Part shown: one piece after another, positions 31,601-39,820 of the stretch
How positions within the stretch are numbered: position 1 is the first letter of the stretch
Layout: every line of letters begins with the position of its first letter
Origin: a virus
Virus record (IMG/VR): IMGVR_UViG_3300024496_000011
Length of the DNA stretch: 64,000 nucleotides
Direction: 5' to 3' (one strand)
Notes under the pieces: model-generated
Database searches by the model: none
Seen by the model: the letters and a program-made list of their open reading frames with translations, nothing else
What the model was told of the DNA's origin: nothing
Program-made: the position numbers and the translations under genes

Positions 31601-34600
31601 CTATTTCCCTGATTTAAAACTAAAATTTCAGTTATTCTACCATTATTAATTATCGGAGAAAACTGAGCTCCAGAACCAATACCTAGCGTTATTCTGGGTT
31701 GTCTTTCATAGTTAATGATTTCCGAAGATCCATACCCAACTCCAGGATTTTTAACAAAAAGATTTGTGATACTTCCTCTAAAAATAGGTTGCAATTTAGC
31801 ATTAAAATTTTGTCCCGTTAATGTAGAGACTCCTATTTTGCCAGTTATTTGTACATTAATTTCTGGGTAGTTGAAACTATGTGTCGAAGAACCAGAAGAG
31901 ACGAAATTAATATATTGATTTGTTCTATAATAAAAATCTTTATTAGTAGTGGCAATTCCCACTAAAGAAAGTCTAAATTCATCTTTATTCAATTTAGTAA
32001 TATAATATGAATTGTTATCAGACAAACCCCCAACAGGTGTTTCAGAAGAATTGTAAACTACAATTTCTCCACTTTCATATCCATGATCAAATATTTTAAT
32101 AGTGTTTGATGAGGTATTAATGCCAGATGATGAACAAAAAGTTTGTTTATTTGTATACCCAAATCCAGAATCTATTACATTAATACTGGATATTTTTCTT
32201 TTTGTAAGAACAGATTCAAAGGCATGAATTCCTGAACCATGAGATGTTAAATCTATAGTGTTTATTCCGGAAACAGCATCATTAAAAGTCTTATGAAGCT
32301 TTATATTGTATGCATCTTGAACTGAAGCATAATATTGAGCATTAGTTGATAGACCACCGACAGCAGTAGAACCATATGTCAAATACACAATATTTTCATA
32401 ATCTCTAAATTTGTGGTAGCTAGAGAATCCAATTGTATTGTTTGCAAGATTTACTAATCCCGAAGAACTATCTGAAATAAAAGAAACATTGTGTTTAAAC
32501 GGGGTTAAATTTGGTTTGGCGTAAGCACCATAACCATTTCCTCCGGTTATTGTTATCACAGGTTCTTCAACATAATCAAATCCACCATCTAGAACATCAA
32601 TTCTTTCTAAAGAACCATTTACATGAGTAATTAAAGATGCGCCTATACCCAAAGAATCTTCTACAACTGCGATAGGCGGATTAATAACATCAAAGTTTTC
32701 TCCACCCGTTATTACATTAATTGATTGAATACCTCCATAATAAACTTTATCGTCAGATTTATAGTTATATGCCTCTACACCATTGACAAAAACTCCAATG
32801 GGACCAACTGGAGTTTCTTCATTTCTACCACTAGTAGAAGATTGTGTTATATTTTTTACATAATTTTGTGGTGATAACGAAGCATTTTCAAATTTTAATT
32901 TTCTAAAAATATTATCTGTGACAGTACCAGAAACTGTTACAAACTTATTTTTAAATAAATCCGATTTGCTATTAGATAATTTTATTTTTGTATTGTCTAT
33001 TCTTTTAACATAATATACTTTTCCCAAAATATCCAAAGAATTTACAACACTTTCATCATTTTTGATGTAAATAATTGCATCGCCAGTATAAAGACCATGT
33101 AAATTATTTGGATTACCTGAACTTAAATCTAAAGTTTCTTGATTGAAAGATCCCGAAAAAATAATATCCGTATTTTTTATTTGAATATCTTCATTTAAAT
33201 AATCTGGAATAGAATTTGCTGCGACATAAATGTTATTTTCATCTTTAATGTAAACATTTTGAATATTTGCAGTACTATCATTTATAAATTTAAAGTTGGA
33301 AAATCTTGGTTTTTTTAATTTTCTTTGAATGGTATATCTTAAATTTAAATTTTCAACTTTTGGTCCTTCAATAGATATACTCTTTTCGTTATCTATACCA
33401 ACTACATTATATAAAAGTTTAATTCCACCTGAAGATAGTAAATCTGCAGAGTCTCCTAGGGAAAAATTATGATCATCATAAGTTGTAATGTTATAAGAAA
33501 ATGTATTTTGAGTTATATTGGATGCAGTTGGTCCCTTTATTTCTTTTACATCGTAACTGTTAACTACATTAAATTTCCAAGTGTTCGGTAAAACACCCTT
33601 TGCTTCATATCCTAAAGTAATTGTTTTTATTGGATCACCTTTAGTCATTGAAGAGTTAAGTATACTGTAGGATAAATCTGACAAAACTCCAGTAATTCTG
33701 ACTTGTATAATCGAATTATCTGATGCATATGCATATGCATATTGATTTAATTTTATATCTGTACCTTCAGGAACAATAATATCCGATAGAGGAGTTATAA
33801 AAAATTGGTTTATATTTTTATATGAATATTTTGTTTTATAATCCACTCCATTTACATTAAATATTAGCTCTCCATAACTTGGAAATCCCAAAGTAGAATC
33901 TACATCTATAAAATACTGATTCTGTTTTATTTCTGAAACATTTTTTGTTGATGGATGAATATAGAAATTACCATAAATCGAACCCTGAACATTGATGTCT
34001 TTATTGTAATCAGAATCAATACTCAAAACATAGTATGTTTTATTTTGTCTTACTATTTTTTCAACTTTTGAAACGCTACCGTAAGCTTTACCGTGAAAAT
34101 CATTCTCGTCCTGATAGAGAGTTCTATTCTCCAAATCAATTGGATTTCCTAGAATAGATTCTACTACTATCTGCTTAGAAACTCTATATTTTGAATCTGA
34201 AGGTTTTAGAAGAAAATCTCTTGGTTTTACTACGCTTACATCTTCGCCAAATAGAGCTTTGAATATTAATTTATAGGAATCATCAGTTCCTTTTGATTTG
34301 TAAAAATCTTTTGCCTGCAGTAAAAAATTTTTTTCGTTTAAACCGTCAGCAAAAGTTCTATTTTCAAATCCAGGAAGCAACTGTTTTTTTATTTTAAATA
34401 AAAATTCTTTTAAAAATAAAGAACTTAAATTTAAAACTTTTGTGTTAGTAGTATGTGTTGAAATACTTGATGTGGAGAATACTAACTGATCTGGATTATT
34501 GCTTGAATGGTAAGATGTTATACCACTAAATCCTCTAGTACAATTATTAAATGTTGTGCTTGTCTTATCCGAATATAATATGATCTCAGAATCTATTTGA

Positions 34601-35091
34601 ATTATGCCATTTTTTTCTGGAAATCCATAAGTTGATTCTACTGTTACTGTTAAATCGGTAAAATCAACATCACTTTTTAAAAATGTCGTTGATTTAGATT
34701 CTGAAGAAAATTCTAAGATATCTCCTGGAACAGCAGGTAACACAAAAGATACTGATAATCCATCAGTTGCAAAATAATCAATGTCTTTTTGTAACTTCAG
34801 ACCATTTTTATAAACAATAAGATCTTCTGGAGAATAACCAGTAGAAATTACAAAATAATTTTCTGGAGACTGTGGTTTTATTGTTACGACACGGTTAAAT
34901 AAACTATCATACAGTTTGTCAATTTTTAAATACTGATCAATGTTTTGGAGAATATCTAAAGTTCCTCCCTGAGACTCAACTGAGTTATAATATTCTTTTA
35001 AAAACTCACTGACAAGAGGATATTCCTCTTGCACAAAGTCTGGAAGTTGATTCTGTACGATTGAACTGATTTTAACTCGTGTATCTTTCAT
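22609..35091 (-). CDS. g7: Giant baseplate wedge initiator gp7-like protein (4160 aa)
   Basis: Position between g6 and g8; N-terminal QLPDFV..EYP...EFLKEYY, FYKSKGTDDSYKLIFKALFG; HSPIIGWAYDGNPIYGPYG / LDRHNGRFCITPEYPNGVYAYF (YHYH-like) block; many GSGY repeats. Confidence 0.85.
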   Translation of the reverse strand: MKDTRVKISSIVQNQLPDFVQEEYPLVSEFLKEYYNSVESQGGTLDILQNIDQYLKIDKLYDSLFNRVVTIKPQSPENYFVISTGYSPEDLIVYKNGLKLQKDIDYFATDGLSVSFVLPAVPGDILEFSSESKSTTFLKSDVDFTDLTVTVESTYGFPEKNGIIQIDSEIILYSDKTSTTFNNCTRGFSGITSYHSSNNPDQLVFSTSSISTHTTNTKVLNLSSLFLKEFLFKIKKQLLPGFENRTFADGLNEKNFLLQAKDFYKSKGTDDSYKLIFKALFGEDVSVVKPRDFLLKPSDSKYRVSKQIVVESILGNPIDLENRTLYQDENDFHGKAYGSVSKVEKIVRQNKTYYVLSIDSDYNKDINVQGSIYGNFYIHPSTKNVSEIKQNQYFIDVDSTLGFPSYGELIFNVNGVDYKTKYSYKNINQFFITPLSDIIVPEGTDIKLNQYAYAYASDNSIIQVRITGVLSDLSYSILNSSMTKGDPIKTITLGYEAKGVLPNTWKFNVVNSYDVKEIKGPTASNITQNTFSYNITTYDDHNFSLGDSADLLSSGGIKLLYNVVGIDNEKSISIEGPKVENLNLRYTIQRKLKKPRFSNFKFINDSTANIQNVYIKDENNIYVAANSIPDYLNEDIQIKNTDIIFSGSFNQETLDLSSGNPNNLHGLYTGDAIIYIKNDESVVNSLDILGKVYYVKRIDNTKIKLSNSKSDLFKNKFVTVSGTVTDNIFRKLKFENASLSPQNYVKNITQSSTSGRNEETPVGPIGVFVNGVEAYNYKSDDKVYYGGIQSINVITGGENFDVINPPIAVVEDSLGIGASLITHVNGSLERIDVLDGGFDYVEEPVITITGGNGYGAYAKPNLTPFKHNVSFISDSSSGLVNLANNTIGFSSYHKFRDYENIVYLTYGSTAVGGLSTNAQYYASVQDAYNIKLHKTFNDAVSGINTIDLTSHGSGIHAFESVLTKRKISSINVIDSGFGYTNKQTFCSSSGINTSSNTIKIFDHGYESGEIVVYNSSETPVGGLSDNNSYYITKLNKDEFRLSLVGIATTNKDFYYRTNQYINFVSSGSSTHSFNYPEINVQITGKIGVSTLTGQNFNAKLQPIFRGSITNLFVKNPGVGYGSSEIINYERQPRITLGIGSGAQFSPIINNGRITEILVLNQGNSYTAPPNINILGIGTGAVLTPVINNGKIVEVKVVNGGSGFTTSSTYVNVVPSGQNFKCETKIKSWTINKVQQYLESKKVLDDDGIIDVSSYTINGSQYCHLYAPRKLRRSVFGIDYVNGKKTYVADLKLSNSREVTSYVHSPIIGWAYDGNPIYGPYGYDNPSGSGNIREMVSGYVYQPSSDRPNPISSGNRIYSEGFFVEDYQFNGSGDLDRHNGRFCITPEYPNGVYAYFATINNGPTETDGVFKNYKKPVFPYLIGNTFKSDSIQFNYDRSISQNTFDFVSEQLLRNTTPYKFTSNTSNYDFVFNPIKVKEPVSIVKSSTSGRISNIGIVTGGSGYKVGDLVRFNNFNSGGSDAYAHVSYVKGKSIKNISFASTSSQSVEFYPYDSTGKFIGFCTLPHSLFNKDIISISGLSTSSKDFDSLFEVGIRSDTLILSKSVGSSSATGIVTYFEVNGSLNFPNIRENDIYKIDDEKVRILSIDKLSSRIKVIREYDSTVGASHTATSVLYEQTRKFVVNSINGQNQNYNLNKTIYFDPKESLSIGSSSGASIGSTIYFSNPGAGITNIFVPTKTMYLPNHSLDTGTELIYSSNGGSPFYVSDDGSVNFQLADNQVLYATKISNDLVGISTYRVGLGSTGSFVGIDSSISASLLYFINIGSGVNHSFKTNYDNVLSGEIVKNTITVSTASSHGLSNGEVIYMNSLPGITTTITVKYNDKHRRLVINPVSFISSKVNITNNTINIPNHGYYTGQKIIYSSNTPIGGLLDNQIYYIVRFDKDRIKLSSSYYNSTKTIPEIIDFTSASFGTISLVNPELNVIPNQVVRFDLSDSSLSYIKDQNSYPAFDFKLYFDPSFSEEFKKTTDSSQFEIVKSGKIGSNAIVTLTTNNLNFDLYYSLVPIDLLSNSSIKKEIITDDEVRNNNKLSLTNSGYSGYHTILGVGQTTFKFNILTYPESLSYTESDGFFEYYTNSKNVTGCIEDLELRSGGRNYSSVPGITSVISNTGRGAIFNISSTDIGSIKKIEIDDIGFEYSADTTLRPSAKLPQILTINPSSTFKSVGVSSVGINYTLSPKLVVIDSYTNKVVTDIDLEYDILNKKVNILKNTDGIYDATPKILPVNNSNGIPVNNITFNSTTKDVTVELAVNFSYGQEFPLSIGDKILVESANIISSGSTSFRGYNSKNYNYELFTLTSVNPQYGGSGATVVYNLSNYLGVNENPGTFDEENSAAIIVPSKYFPIFDPVLEKGKFIKGEKVTSDSSYGNVLNWNQYSEQLKITSKDYFNTGVFIRGETSNTKGIITKIEDLIAIYSVDGSSVVNQGWEDEVGFLNNQFQVTPDNNYYQYFSYAIKSKVDYETWNKSIGNLNHTSGFKKFGDLVAESVDSGFTGISTVQDQGNFIGIADLVSEVDLNCINDYDLVKERVITIDSNYFSKEIAFSSISLQDELQSIGNRVLLVDDFSDQFSNIPKTDTYSNIESFVLSTIRAKKYVTYVRDKKFSGLRQICLVSLVQDELESYMLQYGKVSSNYDLGSFDFSILGSQGILRFYPINYTINDYDISVMSYSISDSVSSVGNTSLGNIATLESSRAVIPPSTTTTIVGIGSSYRSSKVLVELTASDGTYFEFSELTLIHDGTNVNITEYGRLSNANRLAYSGLDSIGTYSAYISGSVINLDFTPNVGVGTTYFANTLGISIGSTSSAVTSGNLTFNTGELKSTYTSILSSASPTETKISTYDTNHSGAYYFIVAEDTTNNRYKASEVVLVDDGGETYLLEYGTIETVSGSGIGTIGAGIGSTGTNLYFTADPNISVDVRVYQHAMRVVDTSNSFEFYNFNNANILSRFSSYEGTFNSVKKSFDLKHKETPIFQRRIDSSDTSIVNIENNTIRLPKHFFVTGEELVYNSGGGEKIGIATTTIAGIGTTDKVPSTVYAIKVNDLSIRLSASAENALKPIPEPLILTSVGIGTTHTFTSTKQNSKCLISIDNFIQSPIVSTSTTTTLSNLSQLNEETISLSGISSIFGGDLLKIDDEIVKVNSVGFGSTNVLLVSRGWMGTNPDDHSNGSLVTKIMGNYNIVDNTIHFIDAPYGNSPIGTITNRPDARDFTGITTRSTFSGRVFLRSGIENSNEDTYKTNYVFDSLDEQFSGVSTQFTLKSSGSNVSGLSTSGSSAVILINNVFQEPQRLGSINIFGDYKLEENSGITTIGFTGNISSTAYDINTSSIPRGGIIISVGSTQGFGYQPLVSAGGTSIVSSAGTISSISIGNTGSGYRSSLKYEIITKVSTTVGSGQTIIPIDNIDGVFGKLLFSSANTIGIGSVLVNVPIVSVGSTYITIGAASTTSQIISKDATALISLNSPMVGLVDVGVKTSSTGLLNYQFVGFATILSGHISNNVIITNPGSGYTTSNPPTVVFESPLNYSDIPLVYSGGYSGVGTQATIDIIVGQGSSVVNFEIKNLGYAYKVSELLTVPVGGLVGIPTDPTKPFRNFEITIDQVFSDQFSGWSIGDFQVIDKVENLFNGRRRNFPIKIDGIQTAIRSLSGSSIDVQSTLLVFINDILQVPGSGYIFNGGSIITFTEAPKEGDSCKIIFYKGTSQVDVVFADILESVKVGDNLRINGDSISLKENERLVTDIVSSDSVETNPYSDVGLSLDENLVRPVVWCKQTEDKIVNGKEVGKDRILYESLIQPTTNIIQNVSVGSTEIFVQNAKIFFDDLRENATVPYKTKILITSQDSLVGASATAVVSIAGTISAISLTNGGLGFTTSPSVTISSPTGIGSTCLVTSSISSGIVTSFTITNPGSGYTQSKPPYVLISYPSPKTEKIEDVTYEGDFGIIVGVQTTSVGIASTGIIFDLFVPTESYLRNTNINVGVATTGISGIKTDYYFTIFNSNIGYGITSLDSSSSIVGVGTSCLDNVYKVASVSIAQTSVPGIGVTNVSRVIVSVLGYNGLSGMGYSAFYGEYSWGKINTTVRKRPKSFTSYTNNGISGLSTSAVIQRINPLRYVGYSTTLQ

Positions 35092-35092
35092 G

Positions 35093-37006
35093 TTATTCTC
35101 TTATAATTACTCCGTTACTGTAACTTGTAGTTTTTGTATAAGATGATCCTGATGGATCATCTCCAGAAGAAATTCTATCTGGCAAAGTTTGTATTGACAC
35201 ATTATCAATACTTAGATTTAAATATAAATCCTGTAAACCTATAACATCGTTTGATTCTGGTATTGCAGATATTTCTATTACAGGTTCACCTCCACTTTCT
35301 TTAGATGTTCCGACAATGTTAATAGCATTTAAGTAAATTTCTCCCTTTACATAATCAATTGAACCTGCATTTGAATTTACTATTCTATAAGATTGAGCAG
35401 AGTCTAGATAAAATAAGAAAATAGTTCCAGTTAAACCGTTTGATAAGGGTGAATCACTTAAATAGACCGTCTGAGCAATACCAGGAACGGTAAATCCAGA
35501 AGATTTAATGTTAAATCCATTAAGATTTTTTATATGAAATTGGTTACCAAAACATATTTCATAAGTCGCTAAACTATTTAACACAGATTTTAAATCACGC
35601 CTCATTTCAACTTTTGTTATATTTGAAGTAATAGATTCGTGACTATCATCAATTAATTTTAAAAATTTGCTATATTTGAATCTAGCTCCATATCGATTTA
35701 ATTCAGTTGATTTTGCATATTTGTTTATATTTTGATAAACTACATTATTGATATACTCCGAAGATGGTGCGATGTTATTGTCGTAATAAATTGTTGAATT
35801 AATCTCAAGTATAAGATATTTTAAGTCTTTTATTTCTGGAATTATTCCAGCCACAGAATATTTTTTAAGTTTCTGTTTGATATTGTCTTTTACACCATTT
35901 GGAACAAAAAATCCATTTTGAGGTTTAATTGTAATAAAAACTTTTCCATATTCTGGTGGATTTAAATCTTCCCCACCATATACAGAAATAGATTCTGCTT
36001 CAGGATAAATTTGTGAGACTATTGCTTCATAATCATTTGCTGTGACTGCCCTATTCTGCGATGCATAAACCCTTGGGGCATATTTTTTGATAGAATCAAT
36101 AGACTCTATCTCTTTACCACCACTTCCAGCGGTATTAGTGCTTATCAATGATATTTCGCTTAAAACAATAAATCCATTATTGTCTACAATATTTCCACTA
36201 AAAACAAAAGATGATACTCCATTTGCAGACTCACCTTTAGTCACAACATATGAAATATCAACAATGTTTCCGCTGATCAATTTTCTACCAAAAATTCCAT
36301 CACCAAATAAAAGTTCATATCTTTGATCTTCTATTTCTTGAATAAAAAAGACTCTAGAATCTGCATTGATATTTAAAATATTATCTGATTGAATATATTT
36401 TTTTCTTGGACCGAGTTCGCCGTCACGAACCTCAACTCTAATTAAGGAAGAATCGATATCAGAATTGTTTAAAATATACTTTTGATTTGGATTTAATGAG
36501 TCAACAGTATATTTTTCTGTGATATATGTACCTTCATATATGCTTATGTTACTAAATTCTGCAATTCCATTTATAACAGGAACTGTTATGTCATCAGGAA
36601 TTGAAAAAACATAATTTTCTGATCCAAAAGATGACACCGAAGTAGCGACAATTCCTTTTTTCAGTGTCAATGCAACAGGTTTTTGTGGAGAAGAACTAGT
36701 TGAGGTATCGACAAAGAAAGAAATATTAGCTCTTGATGCTATTTTAGATCTGGGGATATATCCAATGCTTCTTGCAATTGATACCACATTTTCTCTAAGA
36801 GTGGCACTATCAATAAAAACCTCATTGCTAACCATGTTAGCATTATATGAGGAAATATATGTATTATATGCAAGTATATCTAAGATTACTGATAGATTCG
36901 ATCCTTCAAAATCGTAATCAGTAAAATTTGAATTCGATCTAAGGTAATCCTTAATCGAAGTCTTAATTTGATCAAAATCTAGATTGGTAAAGTTAACTAG
37001 TGCCAT
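35093..37006 (-). CDS. g6: Baseplate wedge subunit gp6
   Basis: LDFDQIK, FTDYDFEGSNLSVILDILAYNT, FIDSATLRENVVS.A, QNRAVTANDY. Confidence 0.96.
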   Translation of the reverse strand: MALVNFTNLDFDQIKTSIKDYLRSNSNFTDYDFEGSNLSVILDILAYNTYISSYNANMVSNEVFIDSATLRENVVSIARSIGYIPRSKIASRANISFFVDTSTSSSPQKPVALTLKKGIVATSVSSFGSENYVFSIPDDITVPVINGIAEFSNISIYEGTYITEKYTVDSLNPNQKYILNNSDIDSSLIRVEVRDGELGPRKKYIQSDNILNINADSRVFFIQEIEDQRYELLFGDGIFGRKLISGNIVDISYVVTKGESANGVSSFVFSGNIVDNNGFIVLSEISLISTNTAGSGGKEIESIDSIKKYAPRVYASQNRAVTANDYEAIVSQIYPEAESISVYGGEDLNPPEYGKVFITIKPQNGFFVPNGVKDNIKQKLKKYSVAGIIPEIKDLKYLILEINSTIYYDNNIAPSSEYINNVVYQNINKYAKSTELNRYGARFKYSKFLKLIDDSHESITSNITKVEMRRDLKSVLNSLATYEICFGNQFHIKNLNGFNIKSSGFTVPGIAQTVYLSDSPLSNGLTGTIFLFYLDSAQSYRIVNSNAGSIDYVKGEIYLNAINIVGTSKESGGEPVIEISAIPESNDVIGLQDLYLNLSIDNVSIQTLPDRISSGDDPSGSSYTKTTSYSNGVIIRE

Positions 37007-37009
37007 TTA

Positions 37010-37411
37010 TTATCGTGTTGGTTGTAATGCAAATGATAACTGTTGAGGAGATACATCAATACCAACTATGTAATATTTAATAGTTACATTAAATTCATAA
37101 TTATCATAATTTGGAGCAACATTAACCTCTATTAAATTTACTCTGGGTTCATAATTTCGAATTGAAGATTCAATTTGATCTTTTACTATAGAAGCACTGA
37201 TATCATCAATGTTTTCAAATAGAGACTGATTTACATTAGAACCTAAATTTGGTTCAAAAAATCTTTCTCCAGGTTGAGTTGCTATTAGATTACGAACAGA
37301 TCGAGCAATAGCATTTTCATTTTTAATCGCAATTAAATCGTAGTTCAGGGGATTAACCTGAAAGGATAAACTAATATCTTTAAATGATTTGCTTATCCTT
37401 TCAGAAGGCAT
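37010..37411 (-). CDS. g25: Baseplate wedge subunit gp25
   Basis: FKDISLSF, AIARSVRNLIAT.PGERFF.P.LGS, I.NYEPRV motifs. Confidence 0.96.
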   Translation of the reverse strand: MPSERISKSFKDISLSFQVNPLNYDLIAIKNENAIARSVRNLIATQPGERFFEPNLGSNVNQSLFENIDDISASIVKDQIESSIRNYEPRVNLIEVNVAPNYDNYEFNVTIKYYIVGIDVSPQQLSFALQPTR

Positions 37412-37433
37412 GAAAAAAGTAATAATTCTATCT

Positions 37434-37440
37434 TATTTAT
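37434..37440 (-). promoter_or_regulatory. Late promoter ATAAATA for g25 operon
   Basis: tatttat ~22 bp upstream of g25. Confidence 0.65.
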
Positions 37441-37694
37441 CACTGATTTTTGGTTTCATAAAGGGGTTCTGTGCCATATTCCCAGTCATCGTAGTCAGAA
37501 TCATTGCGAATTTTTGAGTGAATTTCATTTTGGTGGTAAAAATCATGCTTTTTGGGTGTCAGATCATCACTTGCGATTTCACGAAGCATTTTTTGCTTAG
37601 TAATTTTAGTTTCCCACCCATATTCACTTGACAAATACTCTGTTCCCCACTCATTTTTCATGAAATTTTGGTCTTTATCGACTTTTTTGGTCAT
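37440..37694 (-). CDS. Hypothetical protein (84 aa)
   Basis: ORF track, co-oriented, tight packing. Confidence 0.75.
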   Translation of the reverse strand: MTKKVDKDQNFMKNEWGTEYLSSEYGWETKITKQKMLREIASDDLTPKKHDFYHQNEIHSKIRNDSDYDDWEYGTEPLYETKNQ

Positions 37695-37739
37695 TTTTTT
37701 GCTCCTGATTTGTTAAAATCAGAACTTTTTACGGGGTTG

Positions 37740-37943
37740 CTATCCCGAATTGTTATTATGTCGATGTAAAGTATAATTTTTTTGAATTCTAATATCGGAA
37801 TTCTTAAAGGTCCAACATTCCCCACTACTATCTAGAAAAACAACCCACTCAAGATCATGTTCTTGAGATCGATCAATTACAAAAAAAGCCCAACCTTTAC
37901 CCTTTGGAGTAAAGACTGGGATTTGAGGGTTAAGTTGAATCAC
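37740..37943 (-). CDS. Hypothetical protein (67 aa, GTG start)
   Basis: LNPQIPVFTPKGKGWAFFVIDRSQEHDLEWVVF; GTGA overlap with the upstream ORF. Confidence 0.75.
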   Translation of the reverse strand: MIQLNPQIPVFTPKGKGWAFFVIDRSQEHDLEWVVFLDSSGECWTFKNSDIRIQKNYTLHRHNNNSG

Positions 37944-38080
37944 CTACCTTGACCGCGATACTTTTTCTTTCGTCCGTTACGAGAGGTTGCACTCAATAGT
38001 GTGCGAGGAGAACGCCCTTGACGGGTTTTCTTTGGTGCTCCTGGTTCAAAAATAGTCTTATTAGATCCACCCTTTGCCAT
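37940..38080 (-). CDS. Small highly basic protein (46 aa)
   Basis: Hand translation MAKGGSNKTIFEPGAPKKTRQGRSPRTLLSATSRNGRKKKYRGQGR; abuts neighbours. Confidence 0.7.
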   Translation of the reverse strand: MAKGGSNKTIFEPGAPKKTRQGRSPRTLLSATSRNGRKKKYRGQGR

Positions 38081-38233
38081 TTAGATTTCCTCCATTTCAA
38101 TTAAATTAGGATCAATATCTTCTCCAGAGAAATAATCCTCAGAGAGATCTTGTAGAATCTCACTACACTCTTCCATAGTGAGATTCATGTAAATTTTACG
38201 CCCTTTATATAAAAGATTGTAGTGTTTTTCCAT
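38081..38233 (-). CDS. Small acidic hypothetical protein (50 aa)
   Basis: Hand translation MEKHYNLLYKGRKIYMNLTMEECSEILQDLSEDYFSGEDIDPNLIEMEEI; TAATG coupling to the upstream gene. Confidence 0.7.
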   Translation of the reverse strand: MEKHYNLLYKGRKIYMNLTMEECSEILQDLSEDYFSGEDIDPNLIEMEEI

Positions 38234-39000
38234 TAGATTACGCGAGTTTTTTCATGACCTACTCTAATCCGAGGATCGCACCAGATTTCAAAGCCTTCTT
38301 CTTTTGCATCAAGACAGAAAGAAACATCCTCTCCACACATATCCTGAACTTTACCAGACTCAAAGACTTGCATCTTCGGAGCAAACCAAGGATACTCAAG
38401 ATTCTCAAAGACACCCTTCTTAATCAGAACCCAACCAAATCCAGTGTAATCAACAGTAAATGGTTTCCGACGCTTTGAGATAGACTCAACGGTTTCATGA
38501 TTCATTACTCCACCGTTCTTACGGAAATCATCCTCTTCCAACCAGTGTGCGACAGAGGTTGTGTGACCATCCTCAGTTGCATACCATCCTGCAACAATTT
38601 CCTTCTCTTCACCTTCCTCATTGAGAGCAAGATCACAGAGTTGCCAGAATTTGTTAGTGTCAAAAACAATATCACTATCAATCCAAAGTTGATAATCATA
38701 TTGTAGTTTTCCATCCCAAGGAATTTGCTTCGGACCTCTGAGAACATTTGCACCGAGTACTTTACAGCGAGCAAAGTTTACCATCGATGAGTAATCCTGA
38801 GAAATCTGAATACTCATTCCATTCTGAACCATGTCAAAACAAAGTTGTACAAATGCTTTCAGAAAAATAAAAGAACATCCTCGACCAGGGAGACAAAAAA
38901 CAATTGACTTCCCTTTCATTCTCTCTTTAATTGCATCAATATCCCATTCTTGTTCTTTGGGTTTTGGTGCATTTGCTTTAACTGTGAATCCTTTTGCCAT
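38233..39000 (-). CDS. Putative GT-A fold (GT2-like) glycosyltransferase
   Basis: IVFCLPG, FARC..L, YDYQLWIDSDIVF (DxD), TGFGWVLIKKGVFE, GEDVSFC motifs. Confidence 0.75.
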   Translation of the reverse strand: MAKGFTVKANAPKPKEQEWDIDAIKERMKGKSIVFCLPGRGCSFIFLKAFVQLCFDMVQNGMSIQISQDYSSMVNFARCKVLGANVLRGPKQIPWDGKLQYDYQLWIDSDIVFDTNKFWQLCDLALNEEGEEKEIVAGWYATEDGHTTSVAHWLEEDDFRKNGGVMNHETVESISKRRKPFTVDYTGFGWVLIKKGVFENLEYPWFAPKMQVFESGKVQDMCGEDVSFCLDAKEEGFEIWCDPRIRVGHEKTRVI

Positions 39001-39049
39001 AAGTAAAAATAACCTTCAGATCAATTTTATCAGTCTATATATGCTTTTG

Positions 39050-39244
39050 TCAATGCGAAGAATTCAATAATACTTCCTTATTCAAACAAAGTTCTTCATA
39101 ACTTAAATCATCCTTTGTAAGGTCCAAATCAAGAAGATCAACCATTCTGTGCATCATTTCCCAGGTCTCAGAAAACTTATTCTCTGATAAACTGTGATAG
39201 ACGCACCGACCCTTTGCGTATATGTGATAAACCTTTTCAGTCAT
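39050..39244 (-). CDS. Hypothetical protein (64 aa)
   Basis: ORF track; YHIY.K..C+YHSL.E..F pattern. Confidence 0.7.
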   Translation of the reverse strand: MTEKVYHIYAKGRCVYHSLSENKFSETWEMMHRMVDLLDLDLTKDDLSYEELCLNKEVLLNSSH

Positions 39245-39276
39245 AAAAATATTTCCGGAATTTTTTCAGTCTCTTT

Positions 39277-39462
39277 TTAGTTTGTAGCCGCATTATATAT
39301 CAGAACTATCAAAAATCCAACGGGGAGGAATACAATTTTTCCCATTGTCTTTGGATATCTGATCATCCACCCCGCAAGAATAACTCTCCAGAAATTCCAG
39401 TATGGCGTAGATCTTCTCATTTTTTCTTTTTGCGTTTTCTCGAAGCATTCTTTTGGGCACAA
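39277..39462 (-). CDS. Small putative membrane protein
   Basis: PYWNFWRVILAGWMIRYP plus hydrophobic C-terminus; true start probably the internal Met (MRRS). Confidence 0.6.
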   Translation of the reverse strand: MCPKECFEKTQKEKMRRSTPYWNFWRVILAGWMIRYPKTMGKIVFLPVGFLIVLIYNAATN

Positions 39463-39779
39463 GTTCTTCCCGCACCTTTTGCTTTGTTCTTATTAGGGCG
39501 ACTTTTACCGTTCTTATGAATCCATCCAAACATTTGAAATACCTCCGGAAAATTTTTATGCGTTTGATACTTATAGGTCGATTTGTCACCTCTGTAGGTT
39601 AGGGTAGTTTGCTTTTTTTAATAAGGGGGGGGGGCGCAACGCCCGCTTATAATAATAACAAACAACATAAAATCGCTGCTAATTCACTATACTGTCAAAT
39701 CACGAATGTCGATATAAAGAATTAACAACTCACAAAGTAATTATAATACCTAACTGTTTAACAAACAAAATACTTAAGA

Positions 39780-39808
39780 ACGGGGAGAAAGAATAACTAA
39801 CTCCCCGT
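39780..39808 (-). terminator. Hairpin terminator after the first early ORF block
   Basis: ACGGGGAG-13nt-CTCCCCGT perfect 8-bp stem just downstream of ORF 39821-39961; weak U-tract. Confidence 0.5.
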
Positions 39809-39820
39809 CCCAGTTTACTA

